Below, piece after piece: positions 53,710 through 63,019 of a DNA stretch of 64,000 nt; position 1 is the first letter of the stretch, and each line of letters starts with the position of its first letter. The notes beneath the pieces are model-generated. The model did not search any database, was not told the origin of the DNA, and worked only from the letters and a program-made list of their open reading frames with translations. The stretch comes from Terriglobia bacterium. Lineage in GTDB: Bacteria > Acidobacteriota > Terriglobia > JAJPHL01 > JAPKYU01. Made by a program: the position numbers and the translations under genes. The stretch spans positions 81,431 to 145,430 of the forward strand of contig CBDCVK010000002.1 in NCBI GenBank assembly GCA_965223005.1, given 5' to 3'.

Positions 53710-54028
53710 CGGCGTGTGTAATTTTAGCTCATATTCAGCTCATATGGTGAACCGCTATTTTTCCTGCATGACAGATGTATATCCGACTTCTCTATTCGCC
53801 GACAGAAGACAGGCAAAGGGGTAGCCCACGCTCATGCTTCCCTGCCCAGCTTCTCCAGGATGCGGTAGTGCCCGAGCGGCCGGTCGACCATGGGCAAGAA
53901 GCCTCCCTCTTGGGGGCCATGCTGCGCCGCGCCCTCAGCTAAGTCAACGCGGCGACCGGGCCAATCGCCCCGGTGGTCTTCCGCTGCTGTACTGGTGGAG
54001 TCCAAGCGGCACGAGATACACCGCCCTG

Positions 54029-54256
54029 TCACCAACAATGCCGGATAGATTGCCCCTCGCCGGTGCGGGGATTGCGGCCGATGCCTGTTTTGCACGGCTT
54101 CACGTTGAAGACACCAAAGCCACGTAACTCGATCCGATTGCCACGCCCCAGGGCCTTTTTCGTGCTTTCAAACACGGTTTCGACGGCCTGCTCCGCCCTG
54201 GTCTTGGCGATGCCGGTGCGGTTTACCACCTCGTTCACGATGTCGAGCTTGATCAA
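54029..54256 (-). CDS. HU/IHF-family DNA-binding protein, C-terminally truncated (possible pseudogene)
   Basis: MIKLDIVNEVVNRTGIAKTRAEQAVETVFESTKKALGRGNRIELRGFGVFNVKPCKTGIGRNPRTGE, then GQSIRHCW*. The expected ..IPA..V..FKP.K.L.. tail is absent. A shifted frame gives only weak similarity (AIYPALLVTGR). Confidence 0.55.
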   Translation of the reverse strand: MIKLDIVNEVVNRTGIAKTRAEQAVETVFESTKKALGRGNRIELRGFGVFNVKPCKTGIGRNPRTGEGQSIRHCW

Positions 54257-54373
54257 GCGCGTTCCTCCGCTCGCGGTCTTTCAGTATCAGGAGCGGTTCC
54301 AGGCTTGTCAACGGCGGCAGCGCAATCCAGCCATGTCAGTGGGCGTGACGGGAGGCGAGGGAGCTAGGAGGAG

Positions 54374-54745
54374 TCAATAGCTCACCTCACTCGAATCGGC
54401 CGTACATTCCGGCGGAAACGTAACTCCCCACAGATCTTTCACCTCGCGCAGTTCCACGCCGAGTTCAAAATTACCGCTGTCGCTCCGATTACTGTTGCAC
54501 CAAACCACTCTGCCTGTCCCGCTTTGCTTCTCCGAGGGGAGCACGGTGACCGTAACTTCCTGATTCACATCCAAGGGCCGCTTGCACTCGATTTTGGCGC
54601 CGTACTTACCCACCACAACCGTATGCGCAGCTAGGCCCCGAAAAGTGCCTTTCTCATCCTTGATTCGCAGTTGTACCGCAAGACGCAGGGGAACGCGGCC
54701 ACTCTCTCGTGCTCCCAAGAAGTTGTCTGGGGCCATATCGGCCAT
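54374..54745 (-). CDS. PilZ-domain protein
   Basis: ATG at 54745 (MADMAPDN..). Features: RESGRVPLRLAVQLRI..GKYGAKIEC..VTVTVLPSEKQSGTGRVVWCN..GNFELGVELRE. The track ORF extends to 54820. Confidence 0.7.
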   Translation of the reverse strand: MADMAPDNFLGARESGRVPLRLAVQLRIKDEKGTFRGLAAHTVVVGKYGAKIECKRPLDVNQEVTVTVLPSEKQSGTGRVVWCNSNRSDSGNFELGVELREVKDLWGVTFPPECTADSSEVSY

Positions 54746-55007
54746 TTGAGCATGAATCCTTTTGCTCTGTCGGTAAGAAGTGGCGGGGAGAATCAATCTA
54801 GGAACGCCCGGAAGTCGCACAGCGTCGCCCGCTGACGCTCAAGGAGTCTAACGCAAACCTGCCTGCGCCGCAAAGTCCAAACGCAGGTATAAGTTGCGGG
54901 GCGCCGCAATGAAATAACCAGCAGCCTTGCGGGATCATGGGTAAACGCTAGCCCGTTTGTGGGACTATACGCCTTGGGCGCGAGGCCCACTTCCCCGAAG
55001 GGAATCC

Positions 55008-55115
55008 AGGCACTTGTCCGGTTAGCGCGTTATACGGCCAAGTGGGCTGCGTGGCGGCATAGGTAAACGCCTACCGACTAGTGGAGACCTACTGGCCAAG
55101 TCTGACCCGCTCTCG
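55008..55115 (+). repeat. Mosaic intergenic repeat, copy B
   Basis: GGCACTTGTCCGG-TTAGC-GCGTTATAC..GGCTGCGTGGCGGCATAGGTAAA..GGCCAAGTCTGACCC. A further degenerate unit lies at about 54930-55000. Confidence 0.6.
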
Positions 55116-55148
55116 CTTCCCACGGCCGATCTCGAAGGTGTTCGGGTT

Positions 55149-56378
55149 TTGATCGTGGATGACCATGAGGTCAACCGGCGCGTATTGCGGGAACAGCTTG
55201 ACAGTTGGAACCTGCGCAACCAGGGCTTTGCGTCAGGTCAGGAGGCGCTGACTGCAATGCGCCAAGAGCACGGCGCGGGCGAGCCCTATCATATCGTGCT
55301 CCTCGACTACCAGATGCCCGGCATGGACGGCGAAACCCTTGCCAGGGTCATCAAAGCCGATCCCGTGTTGCGGGAGACAGTGTTGGTATTGCTCACCTCA
55401 TTTGGGCAGCGGGGTGACGCTGAACGGTTCCTGGAAGCTGGCTTTGCGGGCTATCTGGTCAAGCCCGTGCGGCAGTCCCAACTCCTGGACGCACTGGCCA
55501 GCGTTTGGGGAGCTCGGACACAGGAGGGGCCAACTGTATTGGTTACCCGTCACACCGTGGCCGAGGCCAAGTCGCGCGGCGCAAAACCTGCCGCACCCGC
55601 CACGAAGGCCGAACTCTTCCGCACCCGGGTGCTGGTGGTGGAGGACAACGCGGTGAACCAGAGGGTGGCGGTGCGGATGTTGGAGAAGCAAGGTTGCCGG
55701 GTGGACGTGGCCGCCAATGGCGTGGAAGCGTTGGAGATGCTGAAGGCGCTCCCCTACGACCTGATTCTCATGGACTGTCAGATGCCCGAGATGGATGGCT
55801 TTGAGGCTACAGCTGAGATTCGACGTCGGGAGAAGCTCTCTGGGCATCACGTTCCCATCATTGCGATCACGGCCAACGCCATGCAGGGCGATCGGGAACG
55901 CTGCCTGGAGGCGGGCATGGACAGCTACATCGCCAAACCGATCCAGCTGGAGGAACTCCGCAAGGCATTGAAACTTCACCGGGCTGACCCACCGGCAGTT
56001 GGCGAGGACACGGGCGGGAAAGAACCAGCCAGCGAAGTCATAGACCGGGCCGCTCTCTTGGCGAGTGTAGGTGGCGATATGGAACCTCTCGCAGAGCTCG
56101 TCAGACTGTTCCTGGATACTTATCCCAGAACATTGTCCGAGGTGCGGGAGGCCGTGGCCCGGGCTGACCCCGAGGCCGTTGAAAGAGCCGCGCACAACCT
56201 TAAGGGGTCAGTAAGTTACTTTGCGGCGAAGGGCGCTTTCGAGGCGGCTCTGAGCCTAGAAAAGATGGGCCGAGAGAATAACCTGAGAGATGCGCAAGCA
56301 GCTTGCGCCGCACTGGAAAATGAAATGAGACGTCTCCACCAGGAGCTCATTGCATTTGCGAAGTCGGAATCAAGATGA
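55149..56378 (+). CDS. REC-REC-HPt protein. Looks like the C-terminal remnant of a hybrid histidine kinase, 5-prime truncated.
   Basis: There are two receiver domains (..VLIVDDHEVNRRVL..LLDYQMPGMDG.. and RVLVVEDNAVNQRV..LMDCQMPEMDG..) plus an HPt domain (AAHNLKGSVSYF). The frame is open back to 55026 (..LPTADLEGVRVLIVDD), but the open frame has no ATG/GTG/TTG start upstream of the TTG at 55149. Confidence 0.75.
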   Translation: MIVDDHEVNRRVLREQLDSWNLRNQGFASGQEALTAMRQEHGAGEPYHIVLLDYQMPGMDGETLARVIKADPVLRETVLVLLTSFGQRGDAERFLEAGFAGYLVKPVRQSQLLDALASVWGARTQEGPTVLVTRHTVAEAKSRGAKPAAPATKAELFRTRVLVVEDNAVNQRVAVRMLEKQGCRVDVAANGVEALEMLKALPYDLILMDCQMPEMDGFEATAEIRRREKLSGHHVPIIAITANAMQGDRERCLEAGMDSYIAKPIQLEELRKALKLHRADPPAVGEDTGGKEPASEVIDRAALLASVGGDMEPLAELVRLFLDTYPRTLSEVREAVARADPEAVERAAHNLKGSVSYFAAKGAFEAALSLEKMGRENNLRDAQAACAALENEMRRLHQELIAFAKSESR

Positions 56379-56406
56379 AAAAAGCCCGGACTCTTCGACT
56401 TCCGGG
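56378..56406 (-). terminator. Rho-independent terminator for minus-strand transcription
   Basis: On the minus strand, CCCGGA-(10 nt)-TCCGGG is followed by TTTTTT. It lies downstream of the Soli_cterm gene fragment. Confidence 0.45.
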
Positions 56407-56559
56407 TGCGCAAACCAGGCAGTAATAGCTCATAGAAGTCGGGCCCCAAGTTCCCCCGTTTATTCATACCGATTGATTTAGGTTCAGAAGGGGAGCCTCG
56501 GGTGCAGGTGTCTGCCAAAAAGGATTGGGCAAGTCTCTTTAACGGCGATAGTGACCGTG

Positions 56560-56720
56560 TTACTCGGCACGCCGTTTGATGATGAATTCTACGGATAACG
56601 TACCCGACGGGACACTCGCTGGCACCTGCACATTCACCTGGTAGAGCCTAACAAGTCCCGGGTCCAGTCCCGAAGAGGTCAGAGAGAGACAACTGGGTGC
56701 CACTCGAATGCTGAGTGAAG
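56560..56720 (-). pseudogene. Fragment of a Soli_cterm-type C-terminal domain gene
   Basis: ..SIRVAPSCLSLTSSGLDPGLVRLYQVNVQVPASVPSGTLSV.. matches the signature end of 26164..28734 (GLAPGFVGLYQVNVVVPAGVTPG). No upstream body exists; the RR-PP2C gene occupies that space. Confidence 0.55.
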
Positions 56721-56731
56721 GCGAGAAAGGA

Positions 56732-57865
56732 TTACCGGACGCGGGCAACCAACAACGTCCGGTCATCCCGCTGCTCAGATCCGCCAAACTCCCGGACAGT
56801 TGTCGAGATGGCAGTGAGCAATGAGGACACGGGTAGGAGGCGGTTGGCCTTCAGGGTTTCCAGTAGGCGCTCTTCACCAAACTCCAATCCCTCGCTGTTC
56901 ACGGCCTCGGTCACCCCATCACTGAAAATCACCAACGTGTCGCCGGGAGCGAGCGCAACCTCCCGGATTGAGCCTCTCCATTCTTCAAACATTCCCAGTG
57001 GCACGGTTGTCGCCGGCGGCCGTTCCACGGCTCCGCCGGCACGCAACAGCAGAGGCGCATTGTGCCCGCAATTGGCATAGCGAATCCGGCCCGGCGCTTC
57101 CTCGTAATACCCAAAGAAGAAGGTGGCGAAGTGGCGCGGATCGCTGGACTCGTAGAACAACTGGTTGACTAATTGGAGCAACTGCGCCAAATCCTCCTGT
57201 GCCAGCCGATATTGGCTGCGTACATTCGCCTGCAGGTTGGCCATCAGCAGTGCTGCAGACATCCCTTTCCCTGTGACGTCGGCCAGCACCAGCCCGAGCC
57301 GACCCGGGCCCATGTCGAGCAAGTCGTAGTAGTCACCCCCGACCGAGTTGGCCTGGATGCAGTCGCCGGCGTACTCTAGTGTTTTCAGAGAGGGTGTCTT
57401 CTGGGGGAAGAGCTTGCTCTGAACCTGCTTGGCATTCTCCAGCTCGCGTGCGCGGAGGTAGTCGCGCTCTCGCTCGAGTTCGATGATCTGGTCCATCGCC
57501 CGTTTCAAGGATAAATGGGTCTCCACCCGAGCCGCCACGACGGGAAAGTCGAAAGGTTTGGTCACGTAGTCATTCGCACCCAGCTGTAAAGCTTTCACGA
57601 TGTCCTCTGTCTCGCTTTGGGCCGTCGCCATAATGACCGGCAGCCTTGTGGCAGGATGGGTCTGGCGGATGACACTCAACACTTCCAGACCGCTCATCCC
57701 TGGCATCAGGACATCGAGAAGAATCGGATCGAAACTGTTCTTTTCAATCTGTTCAAGTGCTTGGGTCCCATCTTCGGTAACAGCCACGCTATAGCCCCTC
57801 CGCTGGAGACGACGTCTCAATATCTCCCGGTTCATTTCGTTGTCATCTACGACCAGGAGCTGCAC
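56732..57865 (-). CDS. Response regulator with PP2C/SpoIIE (RsbU-like) phosphatase output domain
   Basis: 377 aa. Features: LLVVDDNEMNREIL..LLDVLMPGMSG..DYVTKPF, then ..VGGDYYDLL..VLADVTGKGMSAAL..GHNAPLL..SDGVTEA..DDRTLLV. Confidence 0.88.
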   Translation of the reverse strand: MQLLVVDDNEMNREILRRRLQRRGYSVAVTEDGTQALEQIEKNSFDPILLDVLMPGMSGLEVLSVIRQTHPATRLPVIMATAQSETEDIVKALQLGANDYVTKPFDFPVVAARVETHLSLKRAMDQIIELERERDYLRARELENAKQVQSKLFPQKTPSLKTLEYAGDCIQANSVGGDYYDLLDMGPGRLGLVLADVTGKGMSAALLMANLQANVRSQYRLAQEDLAQLLQLVNQLFYESSDPRHFATFFFGYYEEAPGRIRYANCGHNAPLLLRAGGAVERPPATTVPLGMFEEWRGSIREVALAPGDTLVIFSDGVTEAVNSEGLEFGEERLLETLKANRLLPVSSLLTAISTTVREFGGSEQRDDRTLLVARVR

Positions 57866-58204
57866 CCCTCGCCGAACCTTGGGCAGTGGTCATGATGTCG
57901 CCTGCTACATTAAGAAGTTACTCCTGGGCTGGCTCGGATGCAAGGTGCCGTCTAACAGCCGCGTTCAGATCGCGCCATTCCCTTTAGGACTCATCCTTTC
58001 AGTCGAAACCAGAAGTCGGTTGCTGCAACGGCTCCCAGAACCAGTGTCGCTAAGAAGAGTGCCCACGTCGCCCACTTGAGACTTCTGGTATGAAGCTCTG
58101 CTGCCCACGCAGAACGAACCAAGGCATCCGCGTGCTCGCGAATGGCGCTAGTCAACGAGGCCAACTCAGAAACTATCGCAGCGTTTTACCGCTCTTCGTC
58201 TGAC

Positions 58205-58350
58205 GTCGGCGGTCACTTGGCCGTATAGTCGACTTACCGGACAAGTGACCCTCTACGCCCGCCCGGGTAGTGGGTCAGTTTCCGACAAGCGCGTTATACA
58301 TCCACTAGGCTGCGTGGCAGCATAGGTAAATTACTAGACAAGTCCCGAGG
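58205..58350 (+). repeat. Mosaic intergenic repeat, copy C (full palindrome plus box plus extension)
   Basis: CCGGACAAGTGACCCTCTACGCCC (58237-58260) faces GGGTAGTGGGTCAGTTTCCG (58265-58284). These are followed by ACAAGC, GCGTTATAC (58291-58299), and GGCTGCGTGGCAGCATAGGTAAA (58308-58330). Confidence 0.65.
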
Positions 58351-58525
58351 AACTAACGCCGTTCCTACGAGTCTTATGGAGCGGTCTGGCCTGTGTCAGT
58401 CGGAAGCTAGGCGGGGCCAATCTACTCTCAGTGAAAGTGCTGCCTGTTACGATTCGTCACGATTTGCTTGCGCCGCAAAGTCAGGCGCATTAGAATTGTG
58501 ATCATGCACTGTATACCTTGGTGCA

Positions 58526-59989
58526 GTGCCTAGGTTCCGCGAGGCGTGCGCAATGTTTTGGGACGATCTTCCGGAATACATCTCCCGCCGCAAACTGTTG
58601 GAAATGTCCGGCCTCGGCCTGGGTACTGTCGCCCTTGCCAGCTTGTTGAGAGCCGATGAGGAACGCCGCCTCCACAACGACCTGAAGCCGCGGAAGGGCC
58701 ACTTCCCGGGCACGGCGAAGGCTGTGATCCAATTCGTGCAGAATGGCGGCCCCAGCCAGATGGACCTGTTCGATCCCAAGCCCGAGCTGACGAAATGGTC
58801 TGGCAAGCCGCACCCCGACGGGGTCGAAATCCATCAGCCCAACAATGCCAACGTGCTGCTGGCCAGCCCGTTCCAGTTCCGCAGGCACGGACAGAGCGGC
58901 ATTGAGCTGGGCGAGACACTTCCACACTTGGCTACAGTCGTCGACGACATCTGCCTGATTCGCTCGATGCACACCGAGCACAACAACCATGCCGAAGGGC
59001 TGAACATGCTGCTGACCTGCCGCATCTTCGCTGGCCGTCCGGTGCTGGGGGCGTGGGTGTCGTACGCGCTCGGCACGGACAATCAGAATCTCCCCGCGTT
59101 TGTGGCGTTGCGCGACCCGGAGGGGTACTCGACGCTGGGCAAGCAGCTTTGGAACAGCGGCTTCCTACCGGCGCTCTACCAGGGAGTGGAGTTCAGTTCC
59201 ACCGGAACGCCGGTCCGCCACCTGCAGCCCCGGGTGCCGCCGCCGCCCGGGGCGCAGCGGGAGCAGTTGGACACGCTGGCTAAGCTGAACAAGATGCACC
59301 TCGGCCGCCACACGGGAGACTCCGAGCTGGAGGCACAAATCAAGAACTACGAGCTGGCAGCGCGCATGCAACTGGCCGCGATGGATGTCCTGGACATCTC
59401 CAAGGAGTCGGAAGCTACGAAGAAGCTCTACGGGCTGGACAACCCTGTGACCGCCGGTTATGGCCTGCGCTGCCTCATGGCTCGCCGTCTGATCGAGGCC
59501 GGCGTTCGCTTTGTGCAGATCTTTCCGGGGAAAGGCGGGCCTTGGGACCATCACTTCAATATCAAGAAGAACATGCCGGAGATATGTGCCACCACCGACC
59601 AGCCCATTGCCGGCTTGCTGAAAGACCTGAAGAGCCACGGCCTGCTGGAGAGCACGATTCTGCTGTGGGCGGGCGAGTTCGGGCGCCTTCCGACCACTCA
59701 AAACTCCGACGGTCGAGACCACAACCGCAACGCGTTCAGCCTCTGGCTGGCAGGCGGCGGTTTCAAGGAGGGCCTGGCCTACGGGGAGACCGACGAGTTT
59801 GGCTACAAGTCCACAGTGAATCGTGTGGGGGTCGCCGATTTGCACGCCACTGTGATGCATCAGCTCGGACTCGATCATAAGCGGCTTACCTTCCCCCACG
59901 AGGGACGGGAAGAAACCCCCACCAATGCCAGCATCACAGGCGCGCGCATTGTCGCCGGCATCCTCAAGAACCCGCCGAAGGAGACCTGA
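58526..59989 (+). CDS. DUF1501 protein (Tat signal)
   Basis: 487 aa. Features: ISRRKLLEMSGLGLGTVALASLL, GPWDHH, AGEFGRLPTTQNSDGRDHNRNAFS. ATG at 58553 is an alternative start. Confidence 0.88.
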   Translation: MPRFREACAMFWDDLPEYISRRKLLEMSGLGLGTVALASLLRADEERRLHNDLKPRKGHFPGTAKAVIQFVQNGGPSQMDLFDPKPELTKWSGKPHPDGVEIHQPNNANVLLASPFQFRRHGQSGIELGETLPHLATVVDDICLIRSMHTEHNNHAEGLNMLLTCRIFAGRPVLGAWVSYALGTDNQNLPAFVALRDPEGYSTLGKQLWNSGFLPALYQGVEFSSTGTPVRHLQPRVPPPPGAQREQLDTLAKLNKMHLGRHTGDSELEAQIKNYELAARMQLAAMDVLDISKESEATKKLYGLDNPVTAGYGLRCLMARRLIEAGVRFVQIFPGKGGPWDHHFNIKKNMPEICATTDQPIAGLLKDLKSHGLLESTILLWAGEFGRLPTTQNSDGRDHNRNAFSLWLAGGGFKEGLAYGETDEFGYKSTVNRVGVADLHATVMHQLGLDHKRLTFPHEGREETPTNASITGARIVAGILKNPPKET

Positions 59990-59993
59990 GACC

Positions 59994-62948
59994 ATGCGGT
60001 TTGCTCGTCTGCTGAGTCAGGTTGCAGCGTTGGGCGCGCTGTCGGCAATGACCGTCTTCGCACAGGCCAGCTTTGAACGGGACGTCAAGCCGATCTTTAA
60101 GACCAATTGCTTCAGTTGCCATGGCGGCACCGCGATGGTCGGGCTGGATTTGCGCACGGCCACCTCCATCCTGCGCGGCAGTCATGAGGGTCGGGTGGTG
60201 GTCAAAGGATCACCCGAAAAAAGCCTGCTGTACGAAAAGGTCTCCAAGCGAATGATGCCGCCGCCCGCGTTCAACTTGAAGCTGACCGATTCGGAGATCG
60301 AGACCATCCGGCGTTGGATTGAGGCGGGAATGCCTTCGGAGGAAGAGGCCACTATCGCCGCTAAAACGAAAGAGGAGACGGCGCGGTTCGAGAAACTGGC
60401 GTTGCCCATCTTCAAGAGCCGCTGCTTCACTTGCCATGGCACGGATAACCCCATGGGTGGCCTGGATCTGCGCATGCTTGAATCGGTGCTAAAGGGAAGC
60501 GCAAACGGGCCCGTGCTCTCCGATCTCGGTTCGACCAAAAGCATCCTGATCCGTAAGGTGACCGCTCGCGAAATGCCGCCGCCGGGCATGGGTAAACCTC
60601 TGCGCGACGCCGAAATCCGCACCCTGGCCCGCTGGATTGATACCTCCGATTTGCGCCTCCTGCGGCCGCATGTGGCGCGCACCACTTTCAATCAGGCCGA
60701 AGCGCCGCCGGTCACAGAGAAAGACCGCCAGTTCTGGGCGTTCCAGAAGCCGGTCGCCGTACCCGTCCCGTATGTGAAAAATCGGCAGCGCGTGCGCACG
60801 CCGATTGACGCCTTCCTGCTGGCGCAGCTTGAAGCCAAGGGACTCAGCTTCTCGCCCGATGCCTCCAAGGTCACTTTGATGCGCCGCGCCTGGCTGGACC
60901 TGATCGGGGTGCCGCCGTCCCCAGAAGACATCCGGGCGTACCTGGCGGACAACAAGCCGGACGCGTACGAGCGGTTGCTCGACAAGCTCCTCGCCTCACC
61001 GCACTACGGCGAGCGGTGGGGCCGCCACTGGCTGGATGCGGCTGGCTACACCGATGTGACCGGGTTTGATGGCAGCGTTGAGGGCGCTATTGTCGTAGAC
61101 GGCATGTGGCGCTACCGGGATTGGGTGATCCGCGCGTTCAACCAAGACATGCCCTACAACCAGTTCCTGGTGGAGCAATTGGCCGGCGATGAGCTGGTGG
61201 ACTGGCGCTCGGCTGAGAAGTACACGCCGGAGATCGTGGACAAGCTGATCGCCACCGGCTATCTGCGCTCCGTCTATGACCGCACCGATCAGGACGTCGT
61301 GAATCTGCCGGGAGAGCGGTATGACGTGCTCTTCGACTTGATGGAGAAGGTCTCCACCGGCCTGATGGGGTTGACGGTTGGCTGCGGTCGCTGCCACAGC
61401 CACAAGTACGACCCCATTCCGCAGAAGGACTACTATCGCATGCTGGCGGTCTTTGCCACCGGCCATAACCCGGTCCACTGGCTGCAGCCCAAGAACCATT
61501 TCCTGCCGAGCGTCTCCAAAGTGGAGCAAGAGGAAATCGAACGCCACAACGCGGAGATTGACAAGCCGGTGGCCAAACTCAAGGAGCGGCTGGAAGCGAT
61601 TTACGGCCCCTACCGCGAGAATCTGCTGGAAGGCAGGCTCAAGGAGCTCCCGGAAGTTATTCGCGAAGAGACGAAACAGGCTCTGGCCACGCCGAAAGAC
61701 GAGCGGGACACGGTGCAGAAGTTCCTGGCCGCTAAATTTGAGAAACAGCTCACCGTGACCGCGGAGGAAGTCGTCAAGGCGCTAAGCGAGGATCACCGCG
61801 CCACTCACGAGAAGCTGAGCGAACAGATCAAGATCCTGAACGGCTATCGCCGCTCGTGGGACAAGATCCAGGCGTTGTGGGAAGTGGCGCCGCCGCCCAA
61901 GATCCGCCTGCTGCAGCGGGGCGAGGTGGAGCGTCCTGGGCCGCCGGTCCAGCCCGGCTTCCTGGAGGTCCTCAGTCGGGCCGGAGAGACCGATGCAGTC
62001 CGGCCGCCGGAGACGAAGGGCAAAACCAGTGGTTACCGGCTGGCGTTTGCGCGCTGGCTGACCAGCCCGGACCATCCGCTGACCGCACGCGTGATGGTTA
62101 ACCGCGTCTGGCAGCAGCACTTTGGGCGCGGCATCGTGGAAACTCAGGACAACTTCGGCAAGCAAGGCAAGCCGCCGACGCATCCCAAGCTGCTGGACTG
62201 GCTGGCGGTGGAGTTCATGCGTCAGGGTTGGAGCATCAAAAAGCTCCATAAGCTCATCATGACTTCCACAGCCTACCGCCAATCATCGGAGCGGCCTTCG
62301 GGCGGCTCGCTGGCGCTCAAAGTGGACCCGGAAAATCGGCATTTGTGGCGCATGAACCTGCGCCGGCTGGAAGCAGAAACCTTGCGCGACGCCATCATGG
62401 CCGCCAGCGGCAAGCTGGACTGGACGATGGGCGGGCCTGCGGTCGAGGGCCCGTTGATGGCCGACGGCCTGAAGAAGCTGAACCCTCACGACGACGGGGA
62501 AGGTGAGCCGGTTGACGCCGAGCCCATGGGAATCCGGCGGCGCAGCGTGTACGTGCTGGCGCGGCGCTACTTCCCGCTGGGGTTCCTGGAGACCTTCGAC
62601 GCCCCCATCATGCAGACCAATTGCAACCGGCGCATGAACTCGGTGTCGCCCCTGCAATCGCTCACACTGATGAACGATGATTTCGTCGTCGAGAACGCCA
62701 CCGCCTTTGCCGAGCGGGTCGCCAGCATGTCCAATGGCAATCTGGAAGAGAAAATTGAAAAAGGGTACCTGCTGGCTCTCTCCCGCAAGCCCTCCCGCGA
62801 GGAAGTACAAATCGCGCGGGCGCATCTGGCGCGCGAGGAAGATCTGTATCTGAAGGCCAACGCCGCGCCGGAACAGGCTCGCAAAGAAGCGCTCGAAAGC
62901 TTCTGCCACCTGCTGTTCCTCACCAACGAGTTCCTCTATATCGAGTGA
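59994..62948 (+). CDS. PSCyt1 x2 (two CxxCH) / DUF1549 / DUF1553 protein
   Basis: ATG at 59994 follows AAGGAG. Signal peptide [25 protein letters not shown]. Features: [11 protein letters not shown] and [69 protein letters not shown]. Confidence 0.88.
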   Translation: MRFARLLSQVAALGALSAMTVFAQASFERDVKPIFKTNCFSCHGGTAMVGLDLRTATSILRGSHEGRVVVKGSPEKSLLYEKVSKRMMPPPAFNLKLTDSEIETIRRWIEAGMPSEEEATIAAKTKEETARFEKLALPIFKSRCFTCHGTDNPMGGLDLRMLESVLKGSANGPVLSDLGSTKSILIRKVTAREMPPPGMGKPLRDAEIRTLARWIDTSDLRLLRPHVARTTFNQAEAPPVTEKDRQFWAFQKPVAVPVPYVKNRQRVRTPIDAFLLAQLEAKGLSFSPDASKVTLMRRAWLDLIGVPPSPEDIRAYLADNKPDAYERLLDKLLASPHYGERWGRHWLDAAGYTDVTGFDGSVEGAIVVDGMWRYRDWVIRAFNQDMPYNQFLVEQLAGDELVDWRSAEKYTPEIVDKLIATGYLRSVYDRTDQDVVNLPGERYDVLFDLMEKVSTGLMGLTVGCGRCHSHKYDPIPQKDYYRMLAVFATGHNPVHWLQPKNHFLPSVSKVEQEEIERHNAEIDKPVAKLKERLEAIYGPYRENLLEGRLKELPEVIREETKQALATPKDERDTVQKFLAAKFEKQLTVTAEEVVKALSEDHRATHEKLSEQIKILNGYRRSWDKIQALWEVAPPPKIRLLQRGEVERPGPPVQPGFLEVLSRAGETDAVRPPETKGKTSGYRLAFARWLTSPDHPLTARVMVNRVWQQHFGRGIVETQDNFGKQGKPPTHPKLLDWLAVEFMRQGWSIKKLHKLIMTSTAYRQSSERPSGGSLALKVDPENRHLWRMNLRRLEAETLRDAIMAASGKLDWTMGGPAVEGPLMADGLKKLNPHDDGEGEPVDAEPMGIRRRSVYVLARRYFPLGFLETFDAPIMQTNCNRRMNSVSPLQSLTLMNDDFVVENATAFAERVASMSNGNLEEKIEKGYLLALSRKPSREEVQIARAHLAREEDLYLKANAAPEQARKEALESFCHLLFLTNEFLYIE

Positions 62949-63019
62949 CAGCGGCCCCCCAAACCCGCCTCGGCTCATGACGCTTCCGCCCATGCCCAGC
63001 CTCCTGCCGTTTGGTGTGC

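Noticed and set aside
58285-58305. dif/Xer-like site, or a sigma-54 promoter (GGCAC..TTGC), within the repeat modules.
   Set aside because: AAGCGCGTTATACATCC does not align with the XerC-arm/TGTATA/XerD-arm organisation. The GGCAC in copy B lacks a correctly spaced TTGC.
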